In this document: positions 1-12,835 of the stretch, one piece after another
Layout: every line of letters begins with the position of its first letter
Numbering within the stretch: the stretch's first letter is position 1
DNA from: Takakia lepidozioides
Taxonomy: Eukaryota; Plantae; Bryophyta
Assembly (NCBI GenBank): GCA_030704615.1
Contig: CM060732.1
Span: 9,920,001 to 9,984,000, forward strand
Direction of reading: 5' to 3'
Length of the DNA: 64,000 bases
The notes under the pieces: model-generated
The model's database searches: none
Seen by the model: the letters and a program-made list of their open reading frames with translations, nothing else
What the model was told of the DNA's origin: nothing
Program-made: the position numbers and the translations under genes

Positions 1-616
1 TGCATATAACAAGCATCTACTAATCCTCTTTTCTCCTTCACCGTGCTCTCCATCTCTTGCCTCCGATCTCCGCTCCAGCCTGACTCAGAAGTCCTCCCCG
101 AATAATGATGATCATCCTTCATTCCCCGTTTCTCCCTTTATCCTCCTATCCGTGGTTCTAACCGTTTCCCTCTCTAACCGTCGTCTGTGAACTAACATGT
201 TCCCTTCACAGGTGTTGTTCCCACAGTCGTTCCCTATTATCGTGACAGCTGTGTCAAGCGGTGACTGGCTGTGTTTGGCTGTGTCGGGCTGTGACTGGCT
301 GTGTGGCTATGACTGGCTGTGTGGGCTGTGTCTGCTGTGACGACTGTGACGGGCTATGTGGGCTGTGTCTGCTGTGATGACTGTGTGGGCTGTGTGGGCT
401 GTGTCGGCTGTGACGGGCTGTGTTGGCTGTGTGAGCTGTGTCGGCTGTGACGGGCTGTGTTGGCTGTGTGGGTTGTGACGACTGTGACGGGCTGTGTTGG
501 CTGTGTGGGCTGTGACGACTGTGACGGGCTGTGTTGACTGTGTAACCCCCCTCTACAGTGCGCTGCTGTCACCCCTAAGGCTCCTGTTGGTCTCAGTCTG
601 TGCAAAAATTAAGGGT
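1..616 (-). mobile_element. Truncated 3' end (LTR part plus ORF3 stop region) of a family-B gypsy copy
   Basis: Collinear with 53656-54127 (tgcatataacaagcatctactaatcc ... tgcaaaaattaagggt); homology stops abruptly at 616. Confidence 0.85.
245..545. repeat. Degenerate 9-10 bp CTGTG minisatellite in the family-B LTR
   Basis: Repeated gctgtg/actgtg units; shorter equivalent array at ~53917-54058. Confidence 0.9.
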
Positions 617-665
617 ACCCTACAGATCCCGTATAAGTGTCTAAGTCCCCTACAGTCCTCTAACA

Positions 666-1109
666 GGACTCATCACGGTCCAATGGGGCCGTGGTGGGTG
701 GGCCAAGACTCACCACGACTCATCACCGGGAATCGAGGGTTTTCGTGGTGGTTCGCCATAAAAAGATGGTGTTGTTTGTGAAACCCCCGCGGACAGTAAT
801 AGAAGTATATATAGGGAGTAGTAAACCCGAAAACGGTGCAAGCCCGATGGTGACCAAAAACTAGTGAGTAAGCGTACGAGCCGGAAAGCGACCAAGGTGT
901 GGGGAGCTGTTCCGGACTGCCAACAACCAAAGGGAATTTCCACTAGGCCCAAATTGAGAGAGGGTCTTGTGGAGGAGCAAAAGGGGACCGTTATGTCCCG
1001 GTGAGCAGCCGAAGCTCCAAGTTGGCTGGCGGCCAGTTTGGGAGTTAGGCGTGCGCATCAAAGCGAGTAACTATGACTTGAAGGGGAGATTACCGAAGTG
1101 AGGTGCGCA
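666..1109. repeat. Left arm of long inverted repeat (partner 36347-36724)
   Basis: Reverse complement matches 36347-36724 apart from substitutions and one ~65 bp indel. Confidence 0.92.
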
Positions 1110-1782
1110 ACACGGCCACGTTAGCATCGGCTTTTACTAATAGAGGAAGTAGTGGACCGTTTACCACTGTAGCACACGACCACTACAACGAGCCACTTTT
1201 TTAGCAAACCCTTTAGGTTGCGTAGGCAATTAGGCAAACGGTCATTAACGACTGTAGGCTGTAACGGCTCTTTCGAGCATAGTATAAAAAGGTTGCATGC
1301 AAGTTAGAAGGTATCAGTGATCAGTGTGTATTCAGTAGACTCAGAGTGATTTGATGTGTACTGCTGCATGTGATGAACTCTGAAGTAAAGCCATGCTATT
1401 CGAAGTATCTCTGTGTAGAGTGAACGTGAGATGGAGAGAAATGTGCATTATGAGAGAACGTGAGATGGTGAGAATGTGTATCATCTCAAAATAGTTCTTG
1501 TTTTGTCTTTACTACCATCTGATTGTATGAACAAAGAGGCTTCAGTCTTTTCGACTAAGATCTTTTAGGCCAAAGAGACTGTAGGTTGGGCTTAATCAAT
1601 AGGATTAAGCAACCTGTAGAGATATTGATTCATACGACGTCCATGGTTTAGCTATCATTAAAACGATTACTTTGTAATCGTTTGGGAAAGCATACCGTCG
1701 GACAACCTCTGTTGCATGTCTTGGGAAATGGGCAATAGTGCTGATAGCCTGTTTTGTCTAAGTCATAAACCAGCAGTTAACA
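1110..1782 (+). repeat. 5' LTR of element A, lacking its first ~195 bp
   Basis: Matches 35673-36346; ends GTTAACA followed by PBS. Confidence 0.92.
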
Positions 1783-1784
1783 TT

Positions 1785-1802
1785 TGGCGACCATACTGGG
1801 GA
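1785..1802 (+). promoter_or_regulatory. Primer binding site, probably tRNA-Arg type
   Basis: TGGCGACCATACTGGGGA 2 nt after the LTR end; resembles Arg-type PBS TGGCGACTCCACTGGGGA. Confidence 0.8.
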
Positions 1803-2378
1803 CTAACGGTATGTTGAGCTCAAGTGAACTCAAGGAATGATGGTTACTCATGATTTCTTGAAATCTCAAAAGAACGAGTCAACGGAAGCAGAGGAATCGA
1901 GAGCATTCCTGAAAAAATTTCATGGCTTACCAATAGCAATACACCAGAAGATCTTTCTTTCAATTGCGAAAGAAGATGACAAATGGGGATTAAAGGGAGG
2001 AGTGATCAGTATTACACGAGCACCTGGAATGTAGAATCAGAAGTGATGAATGGTTGTCTGGTTTGGCTTTATTGATTACTCTAATCCCAATCAGAAAAGT
2101 TTGCTACACTAGTTATATTCTCAGGGAAGGATGTTCAAATTATGAATATTGTCATATGATCATAGAAGCAGTGGAGTACTGGATACCCAAAAACTTGTTA
2201 CAAGTTAGATACACTGAGAAAGACAAATGGTATTATTGTGCCCATTAAAAGATTGGTGATCGATCAGTAAAGGAAAATTAAGTCGTGATACAGATTCTGG
2301 CAAGATAGGGTAAATCTTGGAGAAAGGGTAGAGACCACTATAATTTTTTTTTACTGACATACCAAGGCTGATTAAAGG

Positions 2379-4565
2379 GTGCTGAAAAGGAATTCTGTAT
2401 ATAATGTGGGAATGAATGAGGAAATTAAAGAAAAAGCTAAGCAAGACAGAGCTGAAAGAATAGAGAAATATGCTGCAGAAAGGGAAGCTCGGTTGAGAAA
2501 AGAGTTCCCAAAATTACAAAACTTGAATATTATTCAAGCCTCAAGGTGTGATAAACCAGAAGATCAGGAAATCGGATTGTTGGAAAGTGAGAACACTACA
2601 CCAGAAGGAGTTGCCAGTAATGCACTTGATGAATGGTTACCACAAGAAAGATCTGAAGGACCTTCTATAGTAACAAGTCCAAATCGAGGTTTTGCTGAAA
2701 TATTGGAAGAAAGATTTGAGAATATTCTGAGTGAAGAAGGTGAAAGAAGTGAAACTACTTCTCCAGAAAGGATAACCAGGACTGCACTCAAAGCTTTTAA
2801 AGATTCATTAAGCTTAGTAGGGACAGCAGCTAGAAGACGGCTATCATTGGGACAAGGACCTCCTAGCTTTGAATCATTGTTTGGAAGACAAACACCAACA
2901 ACACCACTAGCCTTGACAATCCCAACATCACCACAACCAGCAGCAGCAGGACCATCCCAGTTTGGACAACCAGTTGTTGCTTCATTGTAAATGGTGCACA
3001 TGTTCTCAAATTGATTAAGATGGATATCCGGATCAGATTTCCCATCATATAAGGGAAATCTGATCCAATTATTTCCTTGTTCAATGGCCAGAAAAGGCAT
3101 TGAATGGTTGGCAACCTTTCCAGCCAATCACTTTGCAAATTGGGTGGATATGAGAGTCGCGTTTCAAGAACGATATAGATCCAACAAATCCACGTCTGAA
3201 ATCTTCACAGGATTACAGAACCTGAGACAGAAAAAGAAATAATTGGTAGTTGACTATCTGGAGAGAATGAAGACTCTGATCAGGAAGCTACCTCAAGTAC
3301 CAGGTGATGACTTGCAAAAATCATGGTTCATCAATGGACTTCGTCCTGAATATGTAACCATGGTTACAGTCATGCCTAACAACACTTTGGCTGAAGTAGT
3401 AGGAACTGCGAAGAAATTGGAATTGGGATTTCATCAGAGCAGAAGTGAAGATTCCAAGGATCCCTTGGAAGAAGAAGACTCTGATGATGAAGAAAAACCC
3501 AAGCAAAAGAAGAAAGAAGTGATTGACAAAACCACTTTGGATCAGAAGATAGCAGAGGCTATCAAGAATTTTAAAGATGAAGGACCACGAAAGGCAACGT
3601 GGTGTTACAAATGCGGGACTGCAAGACACTTGGCAACAGAATGCCACATGAAAGACAAATACTGTGATATTTGTCATATGAACAATCATAAAGCCATTGT
3701 ATTTGCAATCCACGGGCCAAGAAAAATGGGTACACACGAGAGATGGGGGTACACCAAGTCCAAATCCGATGGGGAGGAACGGATGGACCAAGACGATACA
3801 ATATGGGTAATCGTTATCAGAGGCCACGAGATGACTATCCACCACGAGATAGAGAACATCAACCCAGAGACAAAGAAATCACGAGATGTCACTATTGCAA
3901 GAAAGAGGGACACTGGAAACATGAATGCCAGTTGCGAATCAAGCATGAGGCAGAAATGGGGAATATGGAAGTCGGACCGAGTGTAGCCATGAGTGTGGTA
4001 ACTCCTGTAGTGGATACCCTTGCGGTAACCCAAACTCAGGCCAAGAAACAGAAACCTCCAGATAAGGAGATTGAAGAAGAACGAAAACAATATCCAGAAA
4101 GTGCAGCATGGCAGGAAGAAAAGAGCTTACACCAGGAGGTAAGTAAAGCCATAGCTCAAATGCAAGAGGGAACCCATATACCTTCTGGAGAGCCAACTCC
4201 AGATAATCAAATCAGACCAACGATGAAGACCACGAATGCAACCACGGAAACATAATTGGCTGAAGTAATCTGCCAGACCAAGACCCAAATTACCATTGGA
4301 CAATTATTAAAAATTGCTCCACACTGCAAGAAAACTTTATTTCGGGCAATCGAGGCATTGACCCCCACACCAAAACAAAAACCAACACCAGAGGTTTACA
4401 CAATTAAACCCACAGAAGAAGCCACAGTATATGCAGCCCATCCACAGCTGGAACCTATTGGGCAATTAGTGGTCAAACATACCACAACAGTCGGATGTCA
4501 CATGGTGAACACCCAAGGAGAACCGAATACTCAGGGAGAACGGAAGATCCGGAGGAAGAAGCTAT
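2379..4565 (+). pseudogene. gag: gag of element A (frameshifted, micro-inverted, followed by a protease deletion)
   Basis: LFPCS..EW..F..W, WFINGLRPE, CCHC knuckles (CYKCGTARHLATEC, CHYCKKEGHWKHEC), ITIGQLL motif; homologous to B gag. Confidence 0.88.
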
Positions 4566-5240
4566 CACTACAGGAAAAGGGGGGCCTTTGCGATGCCCGA
4601 GCCACGCCGCGGCATCGGGAAAATACCCTTTTTGGGCACGCGGCAGGCGCAAAATTTGCGACGCCCGGCCGTCGCCCGGCAGTCGCATGGGCATCGCAAA
4701 AATGCGACGTATGGGGGTCGCGAGCCCCCGCCCCAACTCCCGCGACTGCCGGTCGTCACTTTTTCAGGCCGTTCGCGCCGATGGTAGGGGCCTCTTCGAG
4801 TGACGTCTCGCCGTCGCGGCCCTCCAGCCGACGGCGTTGGTGGGGCCGCCGGCGCGGCGTCGCATCCACTTTTTTCCTAACCTGTCCTAAAACCCAAAAA
4901 CACGTGGCGTAAATCGGGTGGTACGCCAAGCGACTATTGGGCGTGGCAAAAAAACAGCAGGAGCAGGAATCGGGCTCCGCCACGCCCGGGCGTGGGTTTT
5001 TGTGACGCTCTGGCGTCGCTGTTGTTTTATATTTTATCAAAAAAAAAGACGTGGCGCAGGCAGGGCGGCGGTCTCCGCGACGCTAGGGCGTCGCGGCTTG
5101 CGACCCCCGGACCAAAAAAACACGTCGCAGGGGGTGTCGGGCGCAAATGGGGTTTGCGACGCCCAACCGTCGCGGCTTGCGACCCCGCCCAAAAAACACG
5201 TCGCCATTGGCGATGTCCTACAGTCGCAAGGGCAGCCTGG
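4566..5240. repeat. CACTA left TIR and subterminal GCGACG/CGTCGC repeats
   Basis: Many direct and inverted GCGACG motifs. Confidence 0.88.
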
Positions 5241-5868
5241 TGGGGGGGGGGGTTGGGGGATGATTTTGGGGGTGAATTGGGGGTGGTTTTTTGTTTTTTG
5301 CCTGGTTTTGTATTTGGGGATGGGAGGCCTTACAGTTCCATTTCTCTGATTTAGCAAGTACACAATTGAGCAAGCATGAATCGAGGGTGGCGACACATGA
5401 ATAAGATGGAAGATGGAAAGATGGAAATATGTTTACAGGAAATGAGCTAAAAAGCTCACAAGGGTTCAGTAGGCTGACCCTGGGACCTACATGGACTAGG
5501 ACTAGTCATCCTCATCCTCATCCTCAGTGGAGGACTCAGAGCTATCCGATGAGCCTGATGACTCCGCGGCCTTTGCTAGAGCACGTAAATGAGGCGGCGT
5601 TCCCCTAAGTCCCACAGAGCTCTCATCCAATCCCTGGCCATAACCCTCGACCTCATCCATACTAGTGCCCTGTAGTGCACTCATCCCCTCTGTGTTGGAT
5701 ATGTTCTTCATGAGGGATTACCAATCATGCTCCTTGGCGTAGTTGTGGAGCCAGAAAGAAGACATAACAAAATCCATAGGGAAGTATGACTTACAAATCG
5801 CAAGATAAAACCCTTGGATCCGTCGGCGCCCCACTTGTGTATGGATTTGTGCTTGTCAAGGTGGACTG

Positions 5869-6309
5869 TTGTTGCTTCGCGTGCCCGGTCAAATTTGGCC
5901 TTGTTTGCGGCATCAATCTCTCAATCTCTCAATCTCTCCCGCAATGAGTGCATCCCACGATACCTACCCCCCCCCCCCCCCAACAATTAGTGAATTACAC
6001 ACATACAGCCATGGTGACCCCTGCGGTGCGTTCTGGGAGGCTCTGAAGAAGCCAGCCTTCGAACTCGCATTGAGGTGGTTCCCTTTGCACATCGAGTGGG
6101 GTGATCAGCACTTTGGCGCGAAGCGGGCGTATGCTTGTGAGTTAGACCGCCGGTTTCCGGGCAATTGGAGTGACACAAGGGTGATGGAGATGGTGGGGCA
6201 AAACTTGAAGGACAGGAGGTACCGTGCCAGACAGATCATTCGGAGGGCAATGGAAAAAGGGGCCATACCCAAATCACCTTATGGAATTACACAGGTTGGC
6301 ACATCCTGA
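5869..6309 (+). pseudogene. Possible TnpA/Ptta-like CACTA accessory protein fragment
   Basis: W.DQ....K......L..RF...W......+G..LK.RR pattern resembles En/Spm second-ORF proteins; motif recall only. Confidence 0.4.
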
Positions 6310-6396
6310 ATCATGTCACCTTCCATTTGTCGCATGTGCATTAATGAGGTGGATTCGATGCTGATCATAGATGTTTATAGCATCTTTATTATACCG

Positions 6397-6483
6397 GCCA
6401 TGTTGAGCATATCTTGTTAACATTGGAGCCTAAAGGATGCGCGTCAAGTGTTTGACAATATGGCTCAACAAGATGTTGTCTCA
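6397..6483 (+). pseudogene. Captured PPR S-motif fragment
   Basis: Translates SLKDARQVFDNMAQQDVVS; DNA similar to reverse complement of ~52870-52920. Confidence 0.75.
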
Positions 6484-7721
6484 CCACCGGTGGCACCACG
6501 ATCTTTGCCAACTCCACGTCTTGTATCGCCAAGGCCATGTTCTTCTTCCCACCCTCTCCCTTCTTTGTAGCCTCTTTCCCCTGCTCCTTTGTTACCCCAC
6601 TGCCCTCCCCCGCATGCACACACACCCCTTTCTCTCCATGGGACTTCTTCTTCTTCTTCTTCTTCTTTTCCTTCCCTTTCTCCACGACCATCTCCTTCCC
6701 CTTCCCCGTTACTTCCTCTCTCTCCTTCTCCCTCTCCCTTCTCTCTCTCTCCTCGGCAGCCCCTTCATTGATGGTAAAAGGGATCTCGGGAGATCGAGGC
6801 CTCTTCTTCTTACCTTTGGTGTTCGGGTCCTTCATGAATACCACGTGCTCTCTCTCATTGGCAACCCCACTGGACTGCACCAATGAGGCCAGCCATGTTG
6901 CTGCCTCCTGAAGACAAATAACCCCTCAAAATTCAAAAAAAAAAAACAAACAACAAAGAAAATCATGCATGCAAAGGAAAGGATAAATCATGGAACAAGG
7001 TGCGACAGTTGTACCTTTGCAAGCTTGTCCGACTCGCCCCCGGTGTCACCCGATGTGGGAGGAGTCCCCGTTGTTGGATGTGCCCGCTCTATCCCCTCCC
7101 GAAGCACCACTGGAAGTAGATTCCAGATGTGGAGCATAGCCGGCGGCGGCGCCCCGTAGTCCAGGCCCTTCTTTGCTGACCGCTCAGGCTCAGGGGGCGG
7201 TGTTGTTGATCGGCTAGGCTGCTCCGAACCGGCCCATACCTCCTTCTTCCCCCCCCCCCCAAATGCGTATCAGGGTAGCAGCCCTCACCCGGCTTGACTT
7301 CTTCGAGGGGCTTCGCTATCTTGGCCACTTCATTGGCCCTCCTTGTCTCCTCCTCCCTCATCGACAACAATGGGCTGGCAATGGAGGCTTTCAAAGGCCC
7401 TTGAACCTGACTTTGGGCCTTGGCAAGTGCAGCCTTTGTTGCGCAGGAATGGGTCGCTATGGGGGTGACATCCAAAAGGTGCCCATACCGGGCCCCCGAA
7501 CGGGTGATGTGCTTGCCAAGGTACATTTCACCCGTCTTGGTGACCGGGGGTGTGCTCAACTGAGCATCCGGCTCAGCAACAACCTCCCGAATAGGAGAGC
7601 TGGCTGAGCCGGCCCCTGGCGCATCCAAGATGTGGACAAGAGGGGGGGTACTGGCCTCGGGGGGCAGAGGAGCCCTCCGGCTGCGGCTGTTTCCTAATGA
7701 GGCCAACTTGTGGGTTTGCAT
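6484..7721 (-). pseudogene. Spliced low-complexity (K/E-rich) gene fragment of unknown function inside the CACTA
   Basis: ORFs 6389-6883 and 7089-7721; putative GT..CAG intron 7014-6908. Confidence 0.4.
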
Positions 7722-8189
7722 GACAGGTGCTAGCTTATGGGGAAAGAGAAGAAGTCCCCTGCCCCCAAAAAAGGGGCAGACAATCCATTTGCTCTGTCGG
7801 CACGTGTGACGCGCCAGGGCGTCTCACGGTTAACCAGCCCCGTCGACAGCAAAAACCAAGCATGTCGGGGGCTGAGAGCAGCAAGTGCTCGGGGTCTCGA
7901 GAGGGGGCAACAAAGAGAAAAGAAAACGGTGGGGGGGGTGACTAAGACCACCACCAGCTGCTGAGTACCACCGGCTCAGTCACTCCCCCCCCCCCCATTT
8001 TCTTTTTTTTTGGTTTCCTGATTTCTCCCTCTCTCCCTCTCTCTCTCTCTCCCTCCCTTTTTTTTTGTTGTTCACAAAAATAAACAAACCACAAGGGAGA
8101 GAGGGTGCAGAAAAAATTAAAAAGATTGTACTCATAAGACGTTGTTTGCCGTAGCCCTGTGGCCATTGACCCTGCGCCCAGTTTGAGCG

Positions 8190-8830
8190 GAAACAAAAGG
8201 GACAGAACCTGCCTCTGTCAGGGGCTGACGTTGGTAGTAAGACTTACCTTCATATATAGAATTAATCTGGGTTTTCCAGATATCCTCTAGAAATCCCTTC
8301 ACACAAGCATCAAACTGCTATGTGTGATTTGCCCAATAACTAGGCCTCAGGAGGGCCTGGGCTTTTGGCTCAGCCTTGAGACTTTCAAAGTTGGTAAACA
8401 GAGGTACAGGCACAATTCCCTTGATAGATTTGAAGAAAGCGTCTCTTTGGTGAGAGAACCCCGGACAGTGTTTCAGAAAATGAGTATTGTCTTTAGATTG
8501 CCCACACCACGGGCAATTGCACTCTCCCTTTCCTCTCTGCTTCTGTTTGCTGTTCAAAGGTAGGCTTCCTGCCCTAAGTTTAAATTTCAGTCTAGTGCCG
8601 AGAGTGGGTAGACCCTTGAGGTCATCCAAGATGTCCTCCCCCATGTCATGACTGGAAACAAGTTCAGGGAAGTTTTCTGCCTAACTTCATTTTCATCAGA
8701 CAATCTCATGGCAACAGACATGGCTTTGGACACTACAGCCTCTAAGTCAGATTTATCAACCCATATTGCAGATCCGTACTCCAAGGCAGGTCTAATAATG
8801 CGACAAAGCATGGTTTTCTTAACCTCAAAG
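8190..8830 (-). mobile_element. LINE (RTE/RTEX-like) ORF2 3' fragment
   Basis: IIRPALEYGSAIW (RT thumb), KLRAGSLPL, CPWC..K-D..HFL.HCP zinc motif. Confidence 0.75.
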
Positions 8831-8874
8831 TTAACCCCTCTGCAGAAAAAGTTAAAAAGAGAGAGGGGACCTCT

Positions 8875-9195
8875 GGTATGGATAAAAAGAGTCAATAAAA
8901 GAGGAATGAAAAATTATCACCCTAGTAGTTTTTCATCCGGTACGGATAGAAAAACAGGATGTTGTTGGCAACCTTCATAGAGGTAATTCTTTTCTTCCAT
9001 GGTGATTCATCCGGTATGGATGACAGTCAATAAAGGAGGAATGAAAAGGCCAAAAGAACCATCCTAGAGGTAATTCAGTGTCCATCCTGGTGGCTCATCC
9101 GATATGGATGAAAAAGCCTGATAGAGGATGAGAAAACAAGAAGTCAACACTGATAGCAAACTGCCAATTCCCAGTAGAGAGGGAGAGAGGGGGCA
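8875..9195 (+). repeat. ~320 bp direct repeat (copy 1) with TCATCC-N-GGATGA hairpins
   Basis: Closely matches 12474-12804. Confidence 0.88.
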
Positions 9196-12100
9196 TCCAC
9201 CAACCAGCCCCTGGTATGGCAGTCCCTTATGGAGTAAGTGTGGTATGCACTCACCCCGTAAGGGAGTGCATACCAGACCCCTTCATAAGGATTCTCCCTC
9301 TTCAAAGTAGCTTCTAACCCCTGGACAGATTTGCCAAAGGGGTTGGAAAGGCCTACTTCCTCATCCACTCATGTCAAGAAACAAGATTCTCTTGTCATGG
9401 ATCACAAATAAGTGTAAGGTAGGATGGTAGCAACCTGCTGCCCATCTATACACTATCCTGGTTTTAAAGCCAGTTTTTCCAAAGGTATGAGAAGCACATA
9501 GCATATGTAAGCACATAACATATTACATATGCATATTTATTTAGTGGTGCTACATAGAGCAAAGCCACTTGTAGAGAGGTATGAAAGCATATGAGCCAAA
9601 GAGTATCTAAAACTGATACAAGGCATCAACTACAATAAACCATCTAACACGAGTAGTGTGCATTGACCGGATCGTGTAGAAGGTGTACACATACTCCTGC
9701 AGGTGGTTTTACCTGGGCCTAGCTCAATGTATCGGTATGAAGATAAACCTCAAAAGCACTATGTCTATCTCAAAGACCTCCGTGCCCAAATTCACCAACA
9801 ATTTTTTTGCTGGAGGACATACCTTATGACGGTCATTGCTCCATATCTTTGTCATGGAGGGACCTTCTGCCAGGCCAGAAACAAACCATGTTAGTATATC
9901 AACATGATGAAGAAATAACCAGAAAGGAAAGTGGTAGATGGTGTGTACAAGAACCACCAAGTACATTGGAAATAGAAAGAGATGGAAGATATTCATGTCA
10001 TGTCAAGACAAGGGCAAGACCCACTAGGGTCATTGTCAATTAAAGACATAAACAACCCAAAACAGGGCACCATCTAACATTTCCATTCTTGTCATAGCTT
10101 CCCATGAGTTGACATCACCCAATCAGTCATGATAAAACAGGGTGGGAGGGCGGGGTTTGTTCATGTAGGGGATGCAAGCATCTTGAACACCCGAGATCCG
10201 GCCATCTTGGCCAATGAATCATGTGTTCATGTGTGGGACAAGATAAGATATTGTTGCCCCTGTGCAGGTTGCAAGGCCTCTTGGTTCAGCCTGCACACAT
10301 ACCTTACCAGCAGGTCATGTATTGAAGGAGCATAAAAATGCTGAGGTCATGCAAAGGGCAAGGTACCATGGTCTAGCCTGCCCTATTACCATTTCAAGAC
10401 ACGTTTTCACACACACATCTTGGATATGACCCACATGTTGCAGCATCTTACCTTTTCATCCATTAATTATGGCAGGTCATGCATTAGCCAAGGCATAAGG
10501 ACCGGCCTGCAATTTGTCAGAATCACAATATGCCACCAAGCAGTCCTACTTGGGCATGATGAAATAAATTCCATATCATTTGTATTCACCCCGAGACATG
10601 TGATCATACAAGGTGTCAAGGGAATGTGAACTCAGCCTGTCAAATTGCAGGTTCAAGACTTGTACATACAAGCAACTTGAACAGCCGAGATCCAGCCTCT
10701 TTTGCATATAAAAACCAGATTGCAGGTCATAGGCCTGATGTCATGACAAAGCCAAAACTATAGGTAGGATCCCATTGCAGCTTACCATCCTCATCCTTCA
10801 AGAGTTCCATGCTAAAGCATGCAAAGAACACCTCACTGTGATCCAGTACTCAACAGAAACAGGCCCGAAAAGGAGTAGGTCGGTGCCTTATCAGGCTACC
10901 GCCATAACCTTCAAGGCCACCATGTCCATAGAGACCCAAAACTGCCAAAAACATACCACCTAAAACCAGATCCTCTTTGGCCAAAAGAACTTACAACCTA
11001 GCTCAATAATCCACAGGCCCTGCTGTCAAAGATCAAGAGGTAGGGTATGGTTTGTATGCAAGCCTCAGGAGACAGGCCAGACAGGCCGAGCTGCGCATCA
11101 ACGGTAGAATGACGAAGGCAAAAAACTAGGCTGTAGCATGCCAAACCAGGAGCAGTCAGGTTGAAATCAGGGCTGCAGGCAGCAGCCACACAGCGCAAAA
11201 ACCCACAGATCTCCTCAGCCCATATCCCAATCTGCATGCTCAAGAAACTTCAAAGTAGGTGAGGATCCTCACCTGGTCCCATCACAAGCCCCCACAAAAA
11301 CCAACAGGTTAGTGAGGATTGTGGAACCCCAGGTGAATCTCAGACCCTCACACTTGTCATCGATGTCAACTAAGAAATTCAAAAGCAAGAGAAAGAGATA
11401 AGAACATGAGAATCCCTAAACTCCAAAGGCACCTTAAGCGATTGGGGAAGAGGGTTATGCGCCATCACCACCCACAGCAAGCCGCCTCCACAAAGCACAT
11501 AAGCAATGAAGCAAAGCATGCACAATCGCAAGGCACTAGAAAGGAGGGAGAGAACTTCCCATCATAAGCATCCTTGCTAAGCACAGAAAAAGCCAGAGGA
11601 GGGAAGATGCCATTGCTTTCATAGCGGTGTTTCCCGCTGCAAGAGAGACAAGGCGCCGCCTTCGCGCCCCCCCCAGGCGCTCGTCCAACATGGGTACGAC
11701 ACCACAAACAGGGCAGCCACCGAAGCACGCCCGCCATAACACTCTCCTCGCGAGCTCAGAAGCACATCGCGTGCTTCTGACAGCAGGAGAGACGACATAG
11801 GGTTGTCCCCCGATTATTCATCCGTGGATGAAAAATAGTAGGACGAATCCATATACCCTGACGGATTTCATCCGCAGCAAGGTTAAAAATAGGTTTACTT
11901 GTTTCCTGCCTCTTTGGCTAGACTAACCTTCCTTTCATATCCATCTCCTGTCAAAATCCATGTTTGTTGTAAAGCCTAGTTGCCAGGTGGCCTCAAATGC
12001 CGCCAATCTCTCCCTTGCTGACCTTTCTTGCTTTCAAGATGTTGTGACAGCTTCACATCGTCAACAAGTAGGCTAGGGTTTTGACTTGAATGCGAGGATC

Positions 12101-12473
12101 CACTGGAAACCTCTCTTTTTACAAGAGTCTCCGTTTTTTGCTTCTTTCTAAGGGATACTTGGTCATCATCAGCTGCTGTTGCGGTCTTTCTGTCCTTGCC
12201 CTGCGTATTCATTTGAAGAGCTAGAAGAGAGCCTGTAAGACGTGAGATGTGAGTTCGATTGCAAAAGGAGAGAGTTAAGAGAGAATGTTGGGGTAGGGGT
12301 TAGGGTTTCCACCGTAATTAATCATAATTAGGGGTAGTAAAGATCAATTCCAGGCTATAATCATATCATCCATAGACAGATCATTTGTGTCAGGATGAAA
12401 AAGTAGGGAATATCATCCGTGGCAGCGCCTTACCTCCATCTAGGTAATTCTATCATTTCTTACCAGACCATCC

Positions 12474-12804
12474 GGTATGGATAAAAAAAGTCAATAAAAG
12501 AGGAATGAAAAATTATCACCCTGGTAGTTTTTCATCCGGTGCGGATGGAAAAACAGGATGCTGTTGGCAACCTCCATAGAGGTAATTCTTTTCTTCCATG
12601 GTGACTCATCCGGTATGGATGAGAGTCAATAAAGGAGGAATGAAAAGGCCAAAAGAGCCATCCTAGAGGTAATTCAATGTCCATCCTGGTGGCTCATCCG
12701 GTATGGATGAAAAAACCTGATAGAGGATGAGAAAACAAAGAATCAACACTGATAGCAACCTGTCAATTCCCAGTAGAGAGGGAGACAGAGGGAGAGAGGG
12801 GGCA
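12474..12804 (+). repeat. ~320 bp direct repeat (copy 2)
   Basis: Closely matches 8875-9195. Confidence 0.88.
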
Positions 12805-12835
12805 ACAATGAAAAAAAATGGGTTGGGGGGGGGGG

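Noticed and set aside
245-545. CRISPR-like appearance of CTGTG arrays (also 58262-58580)
   Set aside because: No unique spacers or cas genes; eukaryotic minisatellite
645-680. Hammerhead-like TGATGA-GTCC-loop-GGAC on the minus strand (also GTGATGAGTC at 36664 and 36714)
   Set aside because: Core C is G and the required GAAA is TGTA; no convincing stems I and III
4473-5396. GC-rich ORFs in CACTA subterminal regions (also 13301-13854 and 27064-27750)
   Set aside because: By-products of GCGACG repeats with no protein motifs
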